Source: a candidate division WOR-3 bacterium | Lineage (GTDB): Bacteria > Hydrothermota > Tepidihabitantia > Tepidihabitantales > Tepidihabitantaceae | Reading direction: 5' to 3' | Length of the DNA: 64,000 nucleotides | NCBI GenBank assembly: GCA_024653355.1 | Contig: JANLFQ010000001.1 | Location: 576,576-640,575, forward strand | Shown here: positions 39,225 through 50,461 of the stretch, in pieces | Numbering within the stretch: position 1 is the stretch's first letter | Layout of the letters: the number at the start of each line of letters is the position of its first letter | Notes under the pieces: generated by a model | Database searches by the model: none | Told to the model about the DNA's origin: nothing | What the model saw: only the letters and a program-made list of their open reading frames with translations | Program-made: the position numbers and the translations under genes

Positions 39225-40190
39225 ATGGATAGTGGAAAACCCCGCGTGGTCTTCTCCGCCTGTTTGGGATTCGAACGCTGCCGGTATAATGGAGAAATTA
39301 TCCGGGACGATTTTTGTGAACACCTGAAACATTTTGTCGAACCGGTTCCGGTCTGCCCTGAAATGGCAATCGGACTGGGCGTGCCCCGCGAGCCAATCAG
39401 AATTGTCTACCAGAACAATAGCCCCCGTCTTATTCAACCTGCTACCGGTAAGGACTTTACTGAATCGATGCAACGGTTCGCCACCGATTTCCTCGCTCAA
39501 CTGGATGTTGTGGACGGGTTTATTCTTAAATCGCGTTCGCCCTCCTGTGGCACCCGTGATGTCAAATCCTACAACGAAGACGGTAATCTCAGACCATCGA
39601 TTCATCGCCGGGGCATATTTGGCGGCGCAACAATTGAGAAGTTTCCTGACAAACCGGTTGAGGACGAAGGCCGGCTGAAAAACTTCCTCATCCGGGAAAG
39701 TTTTCTGACCCGGCTTTTTTCTCTTTATCGGTTCCGGTTATTGCGCTTAGCACCTACGATGGGTAACCTTGTCGAGTTCCACACCACCCACAAACTTCTC
39801 TTGATGGCTTATGACCAGGTTGCACTTCATCGGTTAGGTCGGCTTGTTGCCAACCCGGAACACCGACCAATCAACGAACTACTCACTGAATACGAAACAA
39901 CTTTATCCCGTGCCCTGGCACGACCACCCAAATACACCAATGCGGTCAATGTTCTGTTGCACGCGCTCGGTTATTTTTCCCGTAACCTCACTACTGCCGA
40001 AAAGGGATTTTTCCTTGACACCATGGAAAGTTACCGTGCCGGCCGTCTACCGTTGAGTGCTCCGGTCAGTATAATTCGCTCCTGGATTGTCCGTTTTGAT
40101 CAACAGTACCTCGCCCGACAGTGGTTTTTCTTACCCTATCCGGAAGGCCTGCGCGACATCAGCGACTCAGGTAAAGGACGCGACCGGTGA
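39225..40190 (+). CDS. DUF523 + DUF1722 (YbgA-like) protein
   Basis: SACLG...RYNG, CPEMAIGLGVPR, KSRSPSCG, EDEGRL, FHTTHKLLLMA. Confidence 0.88.
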   Translation: MDSGKPRVVFSACLGFERCRYNGEIIRDDFCEHLKHFVEPVPVCPEMAIGLGVPREPIRIVYQNNSPRLIQPATGKDFTESMQRFATDFLAQLDVVDGFILKSRSPSCGTRDVKSYNEDGNLRPSIHRRGIFGGATIEKFPDKPVEDEGRLKNFLIRESFLTRLFSLYRFRLLRLAPTMGNLVEFHTTHKLLLMAYDQVALHRLGRLVANPEHRPINELLTEYETTLSRALARPPKYTNAVNVLLHALGYFSRNLTTAEKGFFLDTMESYRAGRLPLSAPVSIIRSWIVRFDQQYLARQWFFLPYPEGLRDISDSGKGRDR

Positions 40191-41089
40191 CCATTCGCAT
40201 CGGTTATCCCTGTATCAATTTGTCCCTTAACTGTCGGAGCACAAAAACCTTTCGCCTGCAGTCGTATTCTGAAGAAAAGTTTAAGTCAACCGTTGAGAGC
40301 AATCTCCTATGTCTGGAAGAAACAATAAAATGGAATATCAAACATGGTATCAGGTTCTTTCGCATCAGTTCCGACCTTATCCCTTTTGCCTCCCATCCTA
40401 TCTGTAAATTTCCCTGGCAAAAATCTTTTCGCCCGCAATTGCGCCGAATCGGCGCCCTCATCCGTCAAAACCAAATCCGGGTTTCGATGCACCCGGACCA
40501 ATTTGTTCTCATCAATGCCATTGACAAGCAAATCGTTATCAATTCAATTCGTGAACTGTTATACCATGCTCAGGTACTTGATTTAATGCAACTTCCGACG
40601 GACGCCAAAATCCAGATTCACATTGGCGGTGCCTATGGTGATAAAGAAACCAGTATCAAACGATTCGCCCGCCGCTTTTACCGTCTCCCCAATGCCGTCC
40701 AGCGCCGTTTAGTTATCGAAAATGACGACCGATTGTATACGGTTACTGATTGTTTAAAATTACACCGCCTGACTAAGATCCCTGTTGTCTTTGACTGTTT
40801 TCACCATGAAGTTAATCCTGACGGCAACGCTATCGGCACCGCCTTTTTGTATTGCGCCCGGACCTGGCGGCGGCGCGATGGCGTCCCAATTGTTGACTAC
40901 TCCTCCCAGGAACCGCATGCCCGCCTTGGTTCTCACGCCCAGCACATCAATCTGAAACATTTCTCCGCTTTCATGGAACAAATTCCCCAATACGACTTTG
41001 ACCTGATGTTAGAAATAAAAGACAAAGAAACCAGCGCCCTAACAGCGTTGAGAATCCTGAAAACTAAATTTACGCCGGCAAATGTCTGA
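40187..41089 (+). CDS. uvsE: UV DNA damage endonuclease
   Basis: IGYPCIN, FRISSDLIPFASHP, SMHPDQF, ENDD, DCFHH, MLEIKDKE. Confidence 0.93.
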   Translation: MTIRIGYPCINLSLNCRSTKTFRLQSYSEEKFKSTVESNLLCLEETIKWNIKHGIRFFRISSDLIPFASHPICKFPWQKSFRPQLRRIGALIRQNQIRVSMHPDQFVLINAIDKQIVINSIRELLYHAQVLDLMQLPTDAKIQIHIGGAYGDKETSIKRFARRFYRLPNAVQRRLVIENDDRLYTVTDCLKLHRLTKIPVVFDCFHHEVNPDGNAIGTAFLYCARTWRRRDGVPIVDYSSQEPHARLGSHAQHINLKHFSAFMEQIPQYDFDLMLEIKDKETSALTALRILKTKFTPANV

Positions 41090-41105
41090 TATCATTTGTA
41101 AAAAA

Positions 41106-41133
41106 TTGACAACGGTGAAACCGAGCGTAAAAT
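41106..41133 (+). promoter_or_regulatory. sigma70-type promoter of rnf operon
   Basis: TTGACA-N16-TAAAAT. Confidence 0.7.
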
Positions 41134-41145
41134 TTGCCCCGTCTT

Positions 41146-42453
41146 ATGGATAAATTTCGTGGCGGAATTCATCCCCGCGAGCATAAGGAAGCAACGGAAT
41201 TTAAACCGATTGAAGCTGCACCTTTGCCCCAGCGGGTGGTCATACCGCTATCCCAGCACACCGGTGCACCTTCCAAACCGGTTGTCAAACCAGGCGATGC
41301 CGTCCGCACCGGAACGATAATCGCCGAACCCGGCGGTAACCTTTCGGTACCAACTCATTCATCAATTTCCGGCACTGTTTCCGAAGTCAAGGAACTTCCT
41401 CATCCCCTTACCAGCAGATTCGTTACGACAGTTATCATCGAATCTGACCAGCAGGACACACTCGACGAAAATATCAAGGAGCGTGACCTCAACAACATAA
41501 CACCTGACGAGATAATTACCGCAATCCGTAATGCTGGTATTGTCGGGTTAGGTGGTGCTGCCTTTCCCACTTTTTTTAAACTGACTCCCCCTAAAGACAA
41601 GGTAATCGACACCCTTATCATCAACGGCTGCGAATGTGAACCGTATTTGACCGCTGACCATCGTCTAATGGTAGAAAAACCGGCTGAAATCGTCGAAGGG
41701 ACTACCTATATCGCTCGGGCACTGGGCGTAAAAAATGTCCTGATTGCGATCGAAGACAATAAACCTGATGCCATTGCCGCGATGAAAGAGGCGGTGGCTG
41801 GGACCGGATTTGTGGTTCGTCGACTGAAAACCAAATATCCCCAAGGTGCGGAAAAACAGTTAATAAAAGCCTGTTTGGAACGTGAGGTCCCTTCCGGTGG
41901 TCTCCCGGCTGATGTCGGCTGTATTGTTCAGAATGTCGGCACTGCGTTTGCGGTGCGGGAAGCGGTCCGGTTCAATCGGCCGCTTTACGAGAGGGTCGTA
42001 ACCGTAACTGGCTCCGGCATCTCCGAACCGAAAAATCTTCTTGTTAGAATCGGGACCCCGGTCAAAGATTTAATAAACTTTTGTGGGGGGTACAAGGGAA
42101 CGCCGGAAAAACTTATTATGGGTGGACCGATGATGGGAATTACCCTGGCATCAGATGAGGTGCCGGTCTTAAAAGGTACATCGGGCATCCTTGTTTTCCT
42201 CTATGCCCAGGAGCCCGAAGAACAAGACTGTATCCGCTGTGGTCGGTGCATTGAAGCCTGTCCGATGGGATTATCCCCAACCCGTTTGAACTATCACATC
42301 AAATCTGGACGACTCCTTCAGGCAAAAAATGAACACCTCCTTGACTGCATCGAATGTGGCTGTTGTGCCTTTGTTTGTCCGGCTAAAATCCGACTTGTTC
42401 ACAACTTCAAATACGGCAAATCTGAAATCCTGCGTGCCCGAGAGAGAGGATGA
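41146..42453 (+). CDS. rnfC: Rnf complex subunit C
   Basis: GGIHP, GIVGLGGAAFPT, ECEPYLTAD, YPQGAEK, two CxxCxxCxxxCP motifs. Confidence 0.97.
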   Translation: MDKFRGGIHPREHKEATEFKPIEAAPLPQRVVIPLSQHTGAPSKPVVKPGDAVRTGTIIAEPGGNLSVPTHSSISGTVSEVKELPHPLTSRFVTTVIIESDQQDTLDENIKERDLNNITPDEIITAIRNAGIVGLGGAAFPTFFKLTPPKDKVIDTLIINGCECEPYLTADHRLMVEKPAEIVEGTTYIARALGVKNVLIAIEDNKPDAIAAMKEAVAGTGFVVRRLKTKYPQGAEKQLIKACLEREVPSGGLPADVGCIVQNVGTAFAVREAVRFNRPLYERVVTVTGSGISEPKNLLVRIGTPVKDLINFCGGYKGTPEKLIMGGPMMGITLASDEVPVLKGTSGILVFLYAQEPEEQDCIRCGRCIEACPMGLSPTRLNYHIKSGRLLQAKNEHLLDCIECGCCAFVCPAKIRLVHNFKYGKSEILRARERG

Positions 42454-43511
42454 AGATGAATAGCGATGTTAAAACCCGTTTGCTGGTCACAGCCTCTCCT
42501 CACATCTACTCTTCCGTGACTGTTAGTAAATTGATGTGGGCGGTAGTTATCGCTTTACTACCAGCACTCGGCGGTTCGATTTACTTCTTCGGTTTCAAAG
42601 CGCTTCTGGTAATTGCCATCTCAACCGCTGCCGCTGTTTTATTTGACACTTTGGGTCAGTTAATGTTCAAGCGCAAAGTTACGGTTGAAGACGGCAGCGC
42701 GGTAATCACCGGCTTGCTCCTTGCATTTAATCTGCCACCCAATGTTCCCTTGTGGTTGCCGATTGTTGGTGCGGCATTTGCTACCATTGTTGTCAAACAG
42801 TTCTTCGGGGGGCTGGGACACAACTTCATCAATCCGGCACTCGGCGCCCGCGCATTCCTTGTCGCATCCTGGCCCACATATATGACCACAACCTGGCTTG
42901 CCCCGCACAACGGTACGCTCTCCGGTCTCTCTTCGCAGGCGCTCAAACTTTGCACGGATGCGATAACAACTGCAACCCCGCTCAATGTGTTAAAACACGG
43001 CTCAAAACTTCTTCTCCCGGGAAATGAACCCAATTTACTTTATCAACATCTCCAGTCATGGGAAACTATTAAAAACCTCTTCTTCGGCAACATTGGCGGC
43101 TGTTTAGGTGAAACCTCGGCACTCTTGTTACTCATCGGTGGAATATTCTTAATTGCAACCCGAGTCATCGACTGGCGCATACCGCTCTCTTACCTTCTCA
43201 CCGTTGCGGCTCTCGTTCTAATACTGCCTGGCCACAAAACCGCTCTTTTAAACTACATTTTATTCCATCTGTTTTCAGGTGGCCTTATGCTTGGTGCCTT
43301 TTATATGGCAACTGACTATGTTACCTCACCGTTAACCCATAAAGGCCGGGTTATCTTTGGAATAGGTTGTGGCGTTCTCACATCGGTCATTCGTCTCTGG
43401 GGCGGATACCCCGAAGGGGTATGCTATTCAATCCTTTTGATGAATGTCGCCACACCGTTGATCGACCGTCTGACTTTGCCCCGGGTATTTGGCACAAGGA
43501 GCAAAAAGTGA
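42450..43511 (+). CDS. rnfD: Rnf complex subunit D
   Basis: FGGLGHNFINPA, DAITTATPL, MATDYVTSP, YPEG. Confidence 0.97.
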   Translation: MKMNSDVKTRLLVTASPHIYSSVTVSKLMWAVVIALLPALGGSIYFFGFKALLVIAISTAAAVLFDTLGQLMFKRKVTVEDGSAVITGLLLAFNLPPNVPLWLPIVGAAFATIVVKQFFGGLGHNFINPALGARAFLVASWPTYMTTTWLAPHNGTLSGLSSQALKLCTDAITTATPLNVLKHGSKLLLPGNEPNLLYQHLQSWETIKNLFFGNIGGCLGETSALLLLIGGIFLIATRVIDWRIPLSYLLTVAALVLILPGHKTALLNYILFHLFSGGLMLGAFYMATDYVTSPLTHKGRVIFGIGCGVLTSVIRLWGGYPEGVCYSILLMNVATPLIDRLTLPRVFGTRSKK

Positions 43512-44065
43512 AGGAAAGCAAACTCTGGATGGTCATTTCCCTCTTCATTACCTGCTGTATCGCCGCCTTTGCCCTATCTCAGGTCTATGCCATAACGAAG
43601 CCAAAAATTGATTATCAACGACAGGTCGCAGGGTTACGCACCGCACTCGGCGCGGTAATGCCGGAAGCAAACCGGTTTGAGCCCGTTAATGACGACTCTA
43701 CTGTCTGGCGTGCCTATGCGGATGACCAGCACATTGGCACCGTAATCCGTGCCGCAAAACAGGGCTATGGCGGGCTGGTACCGGTCACGGCGGGAATCGA
43801 CCTTGAAGGTAAAATCGTTGCCATTCGGGTCGCCAGTTCCGCCGAAGGTTTAAAGGAAACGCCTGGGTTGGGACTTAAGGCGACCGAAGAAAAGTTTTGT
43901 GACCAGTTCAAAGGCAAAAGTTTATCAGAACTTCGGCTGAAAAAAGACGGTGGGACAATTGAAGCAATAACCGGTGCGACAATTACCTCTCGAGCAGTTA
44001 CCGATGCCATCCGGGAAACAATGGAAAAATATCAGGATATCATTATCATCAAAGGCAATGAGTAA
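43508..44065 (+). CDS. rnfG: Rnf complex subunit G
   Basis: GYGG, ETPGLG, ITGATITS FMN-attachment motif; GTG start 43508. Confidence 0.95.
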   Translation: MKESKLWMVISLFITCCIAAFALSQVYAITKPKIDYQRQVAGLRTALGAVMPEANRFEPVNDDSTVWRAYADDQHIGTVIRAAKQGYGGLVPVTAGIDLEGKIVAIRVASSAEGLKETPGLGLKATEEKFCDQFKGKSLSELRLKKDGGTIEAITGATITSRAVTDAIRETMEKYQDIIIIKGNE

Positions 44066-44675
44066 CAAAAAACCATCCCGCCTTGCTTACCTGACATCAG
44101 GGATTGTAAAAGAGAACCCAACTCTCATCTTGATGATTGGCTTATGCCCCACCCTTGCCACGACCGTTTCTGCTCGTGATGGACTGGGAATGGGCCTCGC
44201 CGCATCCTTCGTTCTCATCGGCTCGAATGTCGTTGTCTCCGCAGTGCGAAAACTGGTACCCGATTCAGTGCGTATCCCGATTTTTATTATCATCATCTCG
44301 ACCTTTGTTACAATTGTTGATTATCTTATGCAGGCTTATCAACCCGGTCTTTACCGCGTGCTTGGCGTATTCGTACCATTAATTGTCGTTAACTGCATCA
44401 TTCTTGGCCGGGCTGAGGCATTCGCTTACAAACATGGAATCTTCGACTCTCTTCTGGACGGACTGGGTAAATCGATTGGTTTCACTTTGGTGCTGTTTAT
44501 TATGGGCACAATTCGCGAAATCGTTGGCAACGGCACCTTCTTTGGCCAAGCCGTCACCCCTGCCTGGTACCGTAATGCGCCGATGCTCTTTGCCATCTTT
44601 CCTCCCGGTGCCTTCTTCTTAATCGGATTGCTCAAAGCGCTCGTCAACAAAACAAAACTCGGGGGAAATAAATGA
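44058..44675 (+). CDS. rnfE: Rnf complex subunit E
   Basis: GLCPTLA, PLIVVNCIILGRAE, PPGAF. Confidence 0.96.
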   Translation: MSNKKPSRLAYLTSGIVKENPTLILMIGLCPTLATTVSARDGLGMGLAASFVLIGSNVVVSAVRKLVPDSVRIPIFIIIISTFVTIVDYLMQAYQPGLYRVLGVFVPLIVVNCIILGRAEAFAYKHGIFDSLLDGLGKSIGFTLVLFIMGTIREIVGNGTFFGQAVTPAWYRNAPMLFAIFPPGAFFLIGLLKALVNKTKLGGNK

Positions 44676-45262
44676 GCCAAATGAATCCCGCCAAAATCTT
44701 TCTCGCTGCCTTTCTGGTCAACAATATCATCCTGATGCGCTTCATTGGACTCTGTCCATTCTTTGGCGTATCAACATCGCTTAACACCTCAGCGGGAATG
44801 AGTGCTGCGGTTTTGTTTGTAATGCTGCTCGCCGCCTGGGTCTCCTGGATTCTGTATCACACCCTCCTCATACCTTTAGGGCTAATCTTCCTGCGTACCG
44901 CAGTATTTATCCTCGTGATTGCGGCACTTGTTCAGTTCGTCGAAATGTTCCTCAAACGTTACGTCCGTAACCTTTACTCCGCAATGGGCATTTACCTGCC
45001 CTTAATCACCACCAACTGTGCCATCCTCGGCGTTACCTTTCTCAACATCGATTACAAATTTAACATTCTTCAGGCAACAATCTTTGCCCTCGGAACCGCC
45101 TTTGGCTTCGCCCTCGCTATCATTCTTTTTGCGGCGATTCGCGAACGCCTTGAAGATGCACCCATATCACCGGCATTTAAAGGTTATCCCATCGCCTTTA
45201 TTGGTGCCGCCTTGGTATCGTTAGCATTTATGGGCTTTACCGCCCTTTTTGGAATTTCGTAA
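44672..45262 (+). CDS. rnfA: Rnf complex subunit A
   Basis: GLCPFFG, LPLITTNCAILG. Confidence 0.96.
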   Translation: MSQMNPAKIFLAAFLVNNIILMRFIGLCPFFGVSTSLNTSAGMSAAVLFVMLLAAWVSWILYHTLLIPLGLIFLRTAVFILVIAALVQFVEMFLKRYVRNLYSAMGIYLPLITTNCAILGVTFLNIDYKFNILQATIFALGTAFGFALAIILFAAIRERLEDAPISPAFKGYPIAFIGAALVSLAFMGFTALFGIS

Positions 45263-46273
45263 ATGGACTGGTTTCTAATTTTAAAATCACTATTAGTTCT
45301 CGGTGGCTTGGGTCTTATCCTCGCAGTTGTCCTCCTGATCGCCTACCTGAAACTTACCGTCAAAGTTGACGAACGTGAGGCACAGATTCGTTCCGTCCTG
45401 CCCGGAGCTAACTGTGGTGCCTGTGGTTATCCCGGCTGTGATGGCTATGCTGCTGCGATTGTCGCCGGTAAAGCCCCGTTAAATGCCTGCTCGGTTGGTG
45501 GTCCTGCCGTCGCTGAAAAAATTGGCCAGATTATGGGCCAGGAGGTAACAGCCTCCCAACCCCAGGTTGCAGTGTTAATCTGTCGGGGCGGGAAAGAACA
45601 AGCCCCGAACCGATTTGAATACCGGGGTGCCGAAGACTGCCGGCAGGCAGCGCTTCTACTCGGCGGGCCTAAAGCCTGCATCTACGGTTGCGTCGGGTTA
45701 GGGCATTGCGTCAAAGTCTGCCCGGTCAATGCGATTAAGATGGGAGAAAACAGACTTCCCGTAATTGACGAAAAGACCTGTATTGGGTGCGGTAAATGTG
45801 TCAAAGAGTGCCCCAAAGGCACGCTGCGCCTTATCCCCCGTTCGAAACTGGTCTACCTCGCCTGTGTATCCCACGACCGCGGGAAAGCGGTCAAGGATGT
45901 TTGCTCGGTTGGTTGCATCGCCTGTGGTCTTTGTGTCAAAGTTTGCCCGGTCGGCGCCCTGAAAATGGAAAACAACCTGCCGGTTATGGATTTCAGCAAA
46001 TGTATCGACTGCGGGATTTGCGTCCACAAATGTCCGACTAAATCGTTCATTGACCGCGCCCCGGGACGCCCGAAAGCTTCGATCAACCCCCGCTGCAACG
46101 GCTGTGGTGAATGCATCAAAGTTTGCCAGTTCAAAGCAATTGAAGGTGAACCCGGTAAACAGCACCGGGTTATTCCGGAAAAATGTATCGGGTGTGGCCA
46201 ATGTGTCCTGGTCTGTCCGGTTAAAGCAATTGACCTTGTCGGCGCGCTCGGCCATTCAATGAAAACTGTCTGA
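45263..46273 (+). CDS. rnfB: Rnf complex subunit B (polyferredoxin type)
   Basis: LPGANCGACGYPGC plus about six ferredoxin-type Cys motifs. Confidence 0.95.
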   Translation: MDWFLILKSLLVLGGLGLILAVVLLIAYLKLTVKVDEREAQIRSVLPGANCGACGYPGCDGYAAAIVAGKAPLNACSVGGPAVAEKIGQIMGQEVTASQPQVAVLICRGGKEQAPNRFEYRGAEDCRQAALLLGGPKACIYGCVGLGHCVKVCPVNAIKMGENRLPVIDEKTCIGCGKCVKECPKGTLRLIPRSKLVYLACVSHDRGKAVKDVCSVGCIACGLCVKVCPVGALKMENNLPVMDFSKCIDCGICVHKCPTKSFIDRAPGRPKASINPRCNGCGECIKVCQFKAIEGEPGKQHRVIPEKCIGCGQCVLVCPVKAIDLVGALGHSMKTV

Positions 46274-46320
46274 GCCTGCTGTTTCCCTAATTAAAATCTA
46301 AATTCTTATCCGCTCTTTCC

Positions 46321-46348
46321 TTGACAGTCTTATTCTTAGTGCTACCAT
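46321..46348 (+). promoter_or_regulatory. sigma70-type promoter, leaderless MFS gene
   Basis: TTGACA-N16-TACCAT-N6-GTG. Confidence 0.7.
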
Positions 46349-46354
46349 CCAGTA

Positions 46355-47635
46355 GTGCCCAACCGATATGTCGTGCTCCTGCGCAACAAAAACTTTCTTT
46401 TTTTAACCCTTGCCGGAGCGATGTCACAGTTAGGCGACCGTCTTTCCCATATGCTGCTAATTACGCTTATTGGCGTTGCCGCACCCGGGAAACTACTCGC
46501 CTATTCGGGCGGCTCTCTTACCTTCGTGTTCCCCACCTTAATACTCTCGCCGATTGCCGGTGTCTTAGTTGACCACTGGGACAAACGCAAAACCATCAGC
46601 CGCACCCACTTCATCCAGACAACAATTCTGCTCTTAACCCCGTTTGCCATGAAACTTACCCATAACTTCACCCCCTTCTGGGTCGCACTGACTTTATTCT
46701 TTGGACTGGATATCTTCAACAACACCGCCAATCCCGCGCTCCTGCCCAATCTGGTCGCCTCGGACAAATTACTCCTCGCCAATTCCGTGAGCCTCGCCTT
46801 CGCACGCATCGCCACAGTTTTAGGAATGGTAATTGGGGGATTTCTGATTAAATGGGCAGGCTGGAACAATGCGCTATTTATCGACGCTTCCTGTCATCTT
46901 ATTGCCGGTTTTTTAATCCTTAACATCATAACCACCAGAACAACGGCAGTCGCATATTCTGCGCCCCAACCTCGTGCCAGTATCCTCTTGAGCTTGATCA
47001 ATGCCTTAAAACAGTTTTTTAGTGACCTAGTAGAACTCATCCGTTTGGTTTTACACAACCGAATTGTTGCCTTTGTCCTCGCTTCTATCGTCATTTCCAC
47101 TTTCATCTCTGCCGTCTCTTACACAATTCTCATCTACCTTGTACAGCAGGTTTTGAATATGGGCACGGCCGGAGTTGGTATCTTTGCCGGGATTTTGGCA
47201 ATCGGTATGATTGCCGGCGCGGCGGTGATGGGACTTTTACCACCGAATATCAACCGTCCTCTTGTCATCGTCACGATCACAATTTTATACGGCTTACTTT
47301 TTTTCATTGGTAACTGGCTCATAACCGTCTGGTTTATGATTGTTGTCGCACTCATCGCCGGCGTTGCCTTTTCCTGGTTGGGGATTGTTCAAAGTACCCT
47401 CTTACAGGAGGAAGTGGCACCAACCATCCGGGGCCGAATTTTCTCCACGCGCGAATTCGTCACCAACAGCACCTTCCTCATCACCACCGTCGTCATCGGC
47501 ATCCTCGGTGACTTTACATCCTACCGCATCGCCCTTCTTGCCATTGGCATCGCTTTAATTGTTCTGGGAAGCGCCGGGTTTTTCTGGGTCCATAATGGAC
47601 TAATTCCGGCCCGCCGATTAAACCCGGACGATTAG
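46355..47635 (+). CDS. MFS transporter (DHA3/MFS_3-like)
   Basis: [17 protein letters not shown], about 12 TM segments, RGRIFS. Confidence 0.88.
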   Translation: MPNRYVVLLRNKNFLFLTLAGAMSQLGDRLSHMLLITLIGVAAPGKLLAYSGGSLTFVFPTLILSPIAGVLVDHWDKRKTISRTHFIQTTILLLTPFAMKLTHNFTPFWVALTLFFGLDIFNNTANPALLPNLVASDKLLLANSVSLAFARIATVLGMVIGGFLIKWAGWNNALFIDASCHLIAGFLILNIITTRTTAVAYSAPQPRASILLSLINALKQFFSDLVELIRLVLHNRIVAFVLASIVISTFISAVSYTILIYLVQQVLNMGTAGVGIFAGILAIGMIAGAAVMGLLPPNINRPLVIVTITILYGLLFFIGNWLITVWFMIVVALIAGVAFSWLGIVQSTLLQEEVAPTIRGRIFSTREFVTNSTFLITTVVIGILGDFTSYRIALLAIGIALIVLGSAGFFWVHNGLIPARRLNPDD

Positions 47636-48460
47636 ATTGTCGATCAACCTCGCTTTACCAAAATAAACTGCCAGCGCAATAAGTATTTCATTTTTAATTA
47701 ATTGTATTGGTTTTAAGTAATCTGTATCAACAATTTCAATATAATCAATTCTCCCTGACGAGGAGTTCTGGATTATACGGCGCATTGCCCGTTTGACCTT
47801 TCGAGCATCCCGTTCCCCATCCTTTATCAGCTGCTCAGCATGGCGCAGTGCTTTATAGAGCACCACCGCCTGTTGCCGTTCATCAGGAGTTAAATAGGAG
47901 TTACGGGAACTCATAGCTAACCCATCAGGTTCACGCACCGTGGGCACAACGACAATCTCAATATCAAAGTTTAAATCCCGCACCATCCTCTTAATGACAA
48001 AAGCCTGCTGGGCGTCTTTCTGCCCGAACACCGCAATGTGGGGCTTTACGATATTAAAAAGTTTGGCAACAACCGTGGCCACACCGCGAAAATGACCGGG
48101 CCGGGACTTGCCACAGAGATGCTGAGTCAACCCTTCAACCTCAACATAAGTTGAGTAGTTTTCCGGATACATCTCGTGAACATCGGGATAAAATATCACA
48201 TCAACCCCGATTTCGCGCAGCAATTTCCGGTCGCGCGCAAAATCGCGCGGGTAGCGTTGGTAATCTTCCTTGGGACCAAACTGCATCGGATTGACAAAAA
48301 TAGATACCACCACCCCATCACACCGCTGCTGTGCTACCCGCACCAGTTCCAGATGCCCTTGATGCAGGGCTCCCATCGTCGGCACAAATCCCAGTTTTCC
48401 CCTTGCCCGCATCTGCGTGGCAAGTCGTTGCATCTCCCTTATCGTTCTAACGACTTTCAT
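47618..48460 (-). CDS. panC: pantoate-beta-alanine ligase
   Basis: [37 protein letters not shown]. Confidence 0.97.
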   Translation of the reverse strand: MKVVRTIREMQRLATQMRARGKLGFVPTMGALHQGHLELVRVAQQRCDGVVVSIFVNPMQFGPKEDYQRYPRDFARDRKLLREIGVDVIFYPDVHEMYPENYSTYVEVEGLTQHLCGKSRPGHFRGVATVVAKLFNIVKPHIAVFGQKDAQQAFVIKRMVRDLNFDIEIVVVPTVREPDGLAMSSRNSYLTPDERQQAVVLYKALRHAEQLIKDGERDARKVKRAMRRIIQNSSSGRIDYIEIVDTDYLKPIQLIKNEILIALAVYFGKARLIDNLIVRV

Positions 48461-49271
48461 CGGTGTAAAACGAGTGCTCGGGACCGGGAAATTTCCCCTG
48501 GCGCACCTCGGCAACATATTCCTGAACCGCCTGCCGCGTCATCCGATTTAGTTCTGCATAACGCTTTACGAATTTGTACGGCTCTTCTTCAAACATCCCG
48601 AGCATATCCTGCAGTACCAGTATCTGACCATCACATTCAGGACCAGCGCCAATTCCGATTACCGGAATCTGTAGCGCCTTTGTTACTTTTGATGCTGCCT
48701 CGGCCGGGACTTTTTCCAGAATGATGGCAAAGCATCCTGCCGCTGCCAGCGCCTGGGCATCCGTTAGCAATTTCTCTTGTTCTTCAGGTCGCCGAGCCTG
48801 CAGCCGATAACCACCTAACTTATGGACCGATTGCGGCGTAAGCCCAAGATGCCCCATCACCGGTATTCCATAATCAACCAAACGCCGCACCGTTTCCAGA
48901 ACCGGCCCGGCACCTTCCAGTTTCACCGCTTCGGCACCAGCCTTAAGCAAACGCCCGGCATTCTCAATCGCCTGTTCAAGTGATACCTGATAAGACAAGA
49001 AAGGCATATCACTCACAACCAGTGCCCGTTTCACACCGCTCGCAACCGCTCGGGTGTGATACACCATCTCATCCATACCAATACCGATGGTTGTTTTCAT
49101 CCCGTAGACCACATTTGCAACCGAATCCCCGACCAGAATTATATCAACCCCCGCTTCGTCTAAAATTCGAGCAAATGGATAATCGTAGGCGGTCAAACAG
49201 ACGATTTTCTCCCCGCGCATCTTTTTTTTCATTACTCGCAGGGTAGTAACTTTATCAATCGGGGTCGCCAT
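48447..49271 (-). CDS. panB: 3-methyl-2-oxobutanoate hydroxymethyltransferase
   Basis: [27 protein letters not shown]. Confidence 0.97.
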   Translation of the reverse strand: MATPIDKVTTLRVMKKKMRGEKIVCLTAYDYPFARILDEAGVDIILVGDSVANVVYGMKTTIGIGMDEMVYHTRAVASGVKRALVVSDMPFLSYQVSLEQAIENAGRLLKAGAEAVKLEGAGPVLETVRRLVDYGIPVMGHLGLTPQSVHKLGGYRLQARRPEEQEKLLTDAQALAAAGCFAIILEKVPAEAASKVTKALQIPVIGIGAGPECDGQILVLQDMLGMFEEEPYKFVKRYAELNRMTRQAVQEYVAEVRQGKFPGPEHSFYTDESR

Positions 49272-49284
49272 CTATTTAACTCCT

Positions 49285-49956
49285 TTAACGTTTCCGACTC
49301 CGGGGCGAATAAAACTTCCTCCCTCGGTCGTGCTCAACAATCGCCCGAAACAGCCCCTCGAAATCCTCCGGATTGTTCACGAAATTAAGCCGGTCGGTAT
49401 TGACGATTAGAACGGGTGCCTCTTCGTAATGGAGAAAAAAAGAGTTGTAAAGGTTGCTCAAATTGTTGAGATATTCAGGCTCGATATTTGCCTCAAAACT
49501 GCGTCCCCTTTGCCGGATTCGTGCCAGAAGAACATCAACCTGGGCTTGCAGATAAACAACCAAATCCGGCTTCGGGATATCATTCTTTACCAGTTCATAA
49601 ATCCGATAGTAAAGCGCCAATTCGGGTTCGTTGAGATTAAGTGTCGCAAAAATACGGTCTTTATCGAAAAGATAGTCACTTACCACCGCCGGTTCGGGAA
49701 TTAGTTCTCCTGCCACCATGATTATCCTGCTCTGAAAAATCTCCCGCAACTGTCGATGCCGGGAAAGGAGAAAAAACAGCTGGGTTTGGAATGCGTAACC
49801 GCGGATATCACGGTAGAACTTTTCTAAAAATGGATTTTCTTCGACCACTTCTTGCACCAGCCTTGCCGACAAACGCCGGGCAAGTAATTCCGCCAACGCC
49901 GTTTTCCCAACACCGATTGGTCCCTCAACCGCAATATATTTCAACCGTTGTTCCAC
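49285..49956 (-). CDS. deoxynucleoside kinase
   Basis: EGPIGVGKT, NPFLEKFY, RGRSFE. Confidence 0.92.
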   Translation of the reverse strand: MEQRLKYIAVEGPIGVGKTALAELLARRLSARLVQEVVEENPFLEKFYRDIRGYAFQTQLFFLLSRHRQLREIFQSRIIMVAGELIPEPAVVSDYLFDKDRIFATLNLNEPELALYYRIYELVKNDIPKPDLVVYLQAQVDVLLARIRQRGRSFEANIEPEYLNNLSNLYNSFFLHYEEAPVLIVNTDRLNFVNNPEDFEGLFRAIVEHDRGRKFYSPRSRKR

Positions 49957-50426
49957 TTTCTTACCCCTTTAAGAGAAATCCCGTTCAACATCTCCTGTAC
50001 CGTCATCCCCAGTATTGGATGACGCAACTCTGGTGCCAGTTCGGCAAGCGGCACTAGCACAAACGCCCGCGCGGCAAGCCGGGGATGCGGTACAATCAGC
50101 CCAGGCGCGGAAAAAACCTCATCACCATAAAAAAGGATGTCAATATCAATCGTCCGCGGTTCCTTTTCAACGCCGTCGTGCCGCACGCGACCCAATTTTT
50201 TTTCAATCTCTTGCACTGAGTCAAAAAGTTGCCAAAGAGCACAATCGGTCCACAACCTTACCACGCCATTAAGAAAAAGGGGCGACCCAGGCATGTCTAT
50301 CGGCTCCGTTTCATACCAGGACGAACGTTCCAACGGCCCTAACTTAAGCAGTTCGACCAACGCCCGTAAAAGATTAACCTCCCGGTCGCCGAGATTTGTT
50401 CCCAGACTCAAGAATACTTCCTTCAC
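49941..50426 (-). CDS. folK: 2-amino-4-hydroxy-6-hydroxymethyldihydropteridine diphosphokinase
   Basis: LGTNLG, YETEP, PRTIDIDIL, PHPR..RAFVLVPL. Confidence 0.95.
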   Translation of the reverse strand: MKEVFLSLGTNLGDREVNLLRALVELLKLGPLERSSWYETEPIDMPGSPLFLNGVVRLWTDCALWQLFDSVQEIEKKLGRVRHDGVEKEPRTIDIDILFYGDEVFSAPGLIVPHPRLAARAFVLVPLAELAPELRHPILGMTVQEMLNGISLKGVRKWNNG

Positions 50427-50433
50427 TAAAATA

Positions 50434-50461
50434 AGAGTAGAGCAATCCCGGAAACTGTCAA
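50434..50461 (-). promoter_or_regulatory. sigma70-type promoter, leaderless folK operon
   Basis: TTGACA-N16-TACTCT-N7-GTG. Confidence 0.65.

Noticed and set aside
46271..46294. Sec read-through at other TGA stops (rnfB, xerC, uvsE, nnr, GH gene)
   Set aside because: Each protein is already full length and another stop follows within a few codons.
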